Shown in pieces: positions 63,916 through 64,000 of a DNA stretch of 64,000 nt. Where the stretch lies: NCBI GenBank assembly GCA_964016885.1, contig OZ024743.1, positions 45,818,001-45,882,000 on the forward strand, given 5' to 3'. The notes beneath the pieces were generated by a model. The model made no database searches. It saw only the letters and a list, made by a program, of their open reading frames with translations, and was not told where the DNA came from. This stretch comes from Eledone cirrhosa (lineage: Eukaryota). How positions within the stretch are numbered: position 1 is the stretch's first letter; each line of letters starts with the position of its first letter. A program made the translations under genes and the position numbers.

Positions 63916-64000
63916 CGTCTTCCTGTGTTCCTCCGGTTGCAATGTTTTTTGAAATATTCACTTCTGCGTTCGCAGATTGACTTTGCTAGTTTCAGAAGAT

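Overview
Gene-free, microsatellite-rich eukaryotic repeat DNA. The (TA)n/(CA)n/(TATG)n load and the tRNA-derived SINEs suggest an octopus/cephalopod genome; this is inference, no search was run. No host protein-coding gene is supported. Contents: (i) a head-to-tail array of three diverged Tx1-like (L1 superfamily) non-LTR retrotransposons at 1-12384 (-), each junction a (TATC)n tract, plus a fourth copy at 45631-50395 (+); (ii) several Penelope-like element (PLE) remnants (RT and/or GIY-YIG); (iii) a Tc1 (DD34E, IR/DR) and a hAT (16-bp TIR, 8-bp TSD) DNA transposon; (iv) RTE and R4-like LINE fragments, two ~600-bp bipartite non-autonomous RTE elements, many SINEs and two ~95-bp MITEs. The main hidden signal is RNA structure. 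At least 12 minimal type I hammerhead ribozyme (HHR) motifs from about 7 unrelated sequence families can be folded by eye. They occur in PLE 3' repeats, as outward-facing pairs in fold-back elements flanked by (TA)n, and as 516-546-nt tandem units resembling non-coding retrozymes. All folds are manual and need covariance-model and cleavage tests.
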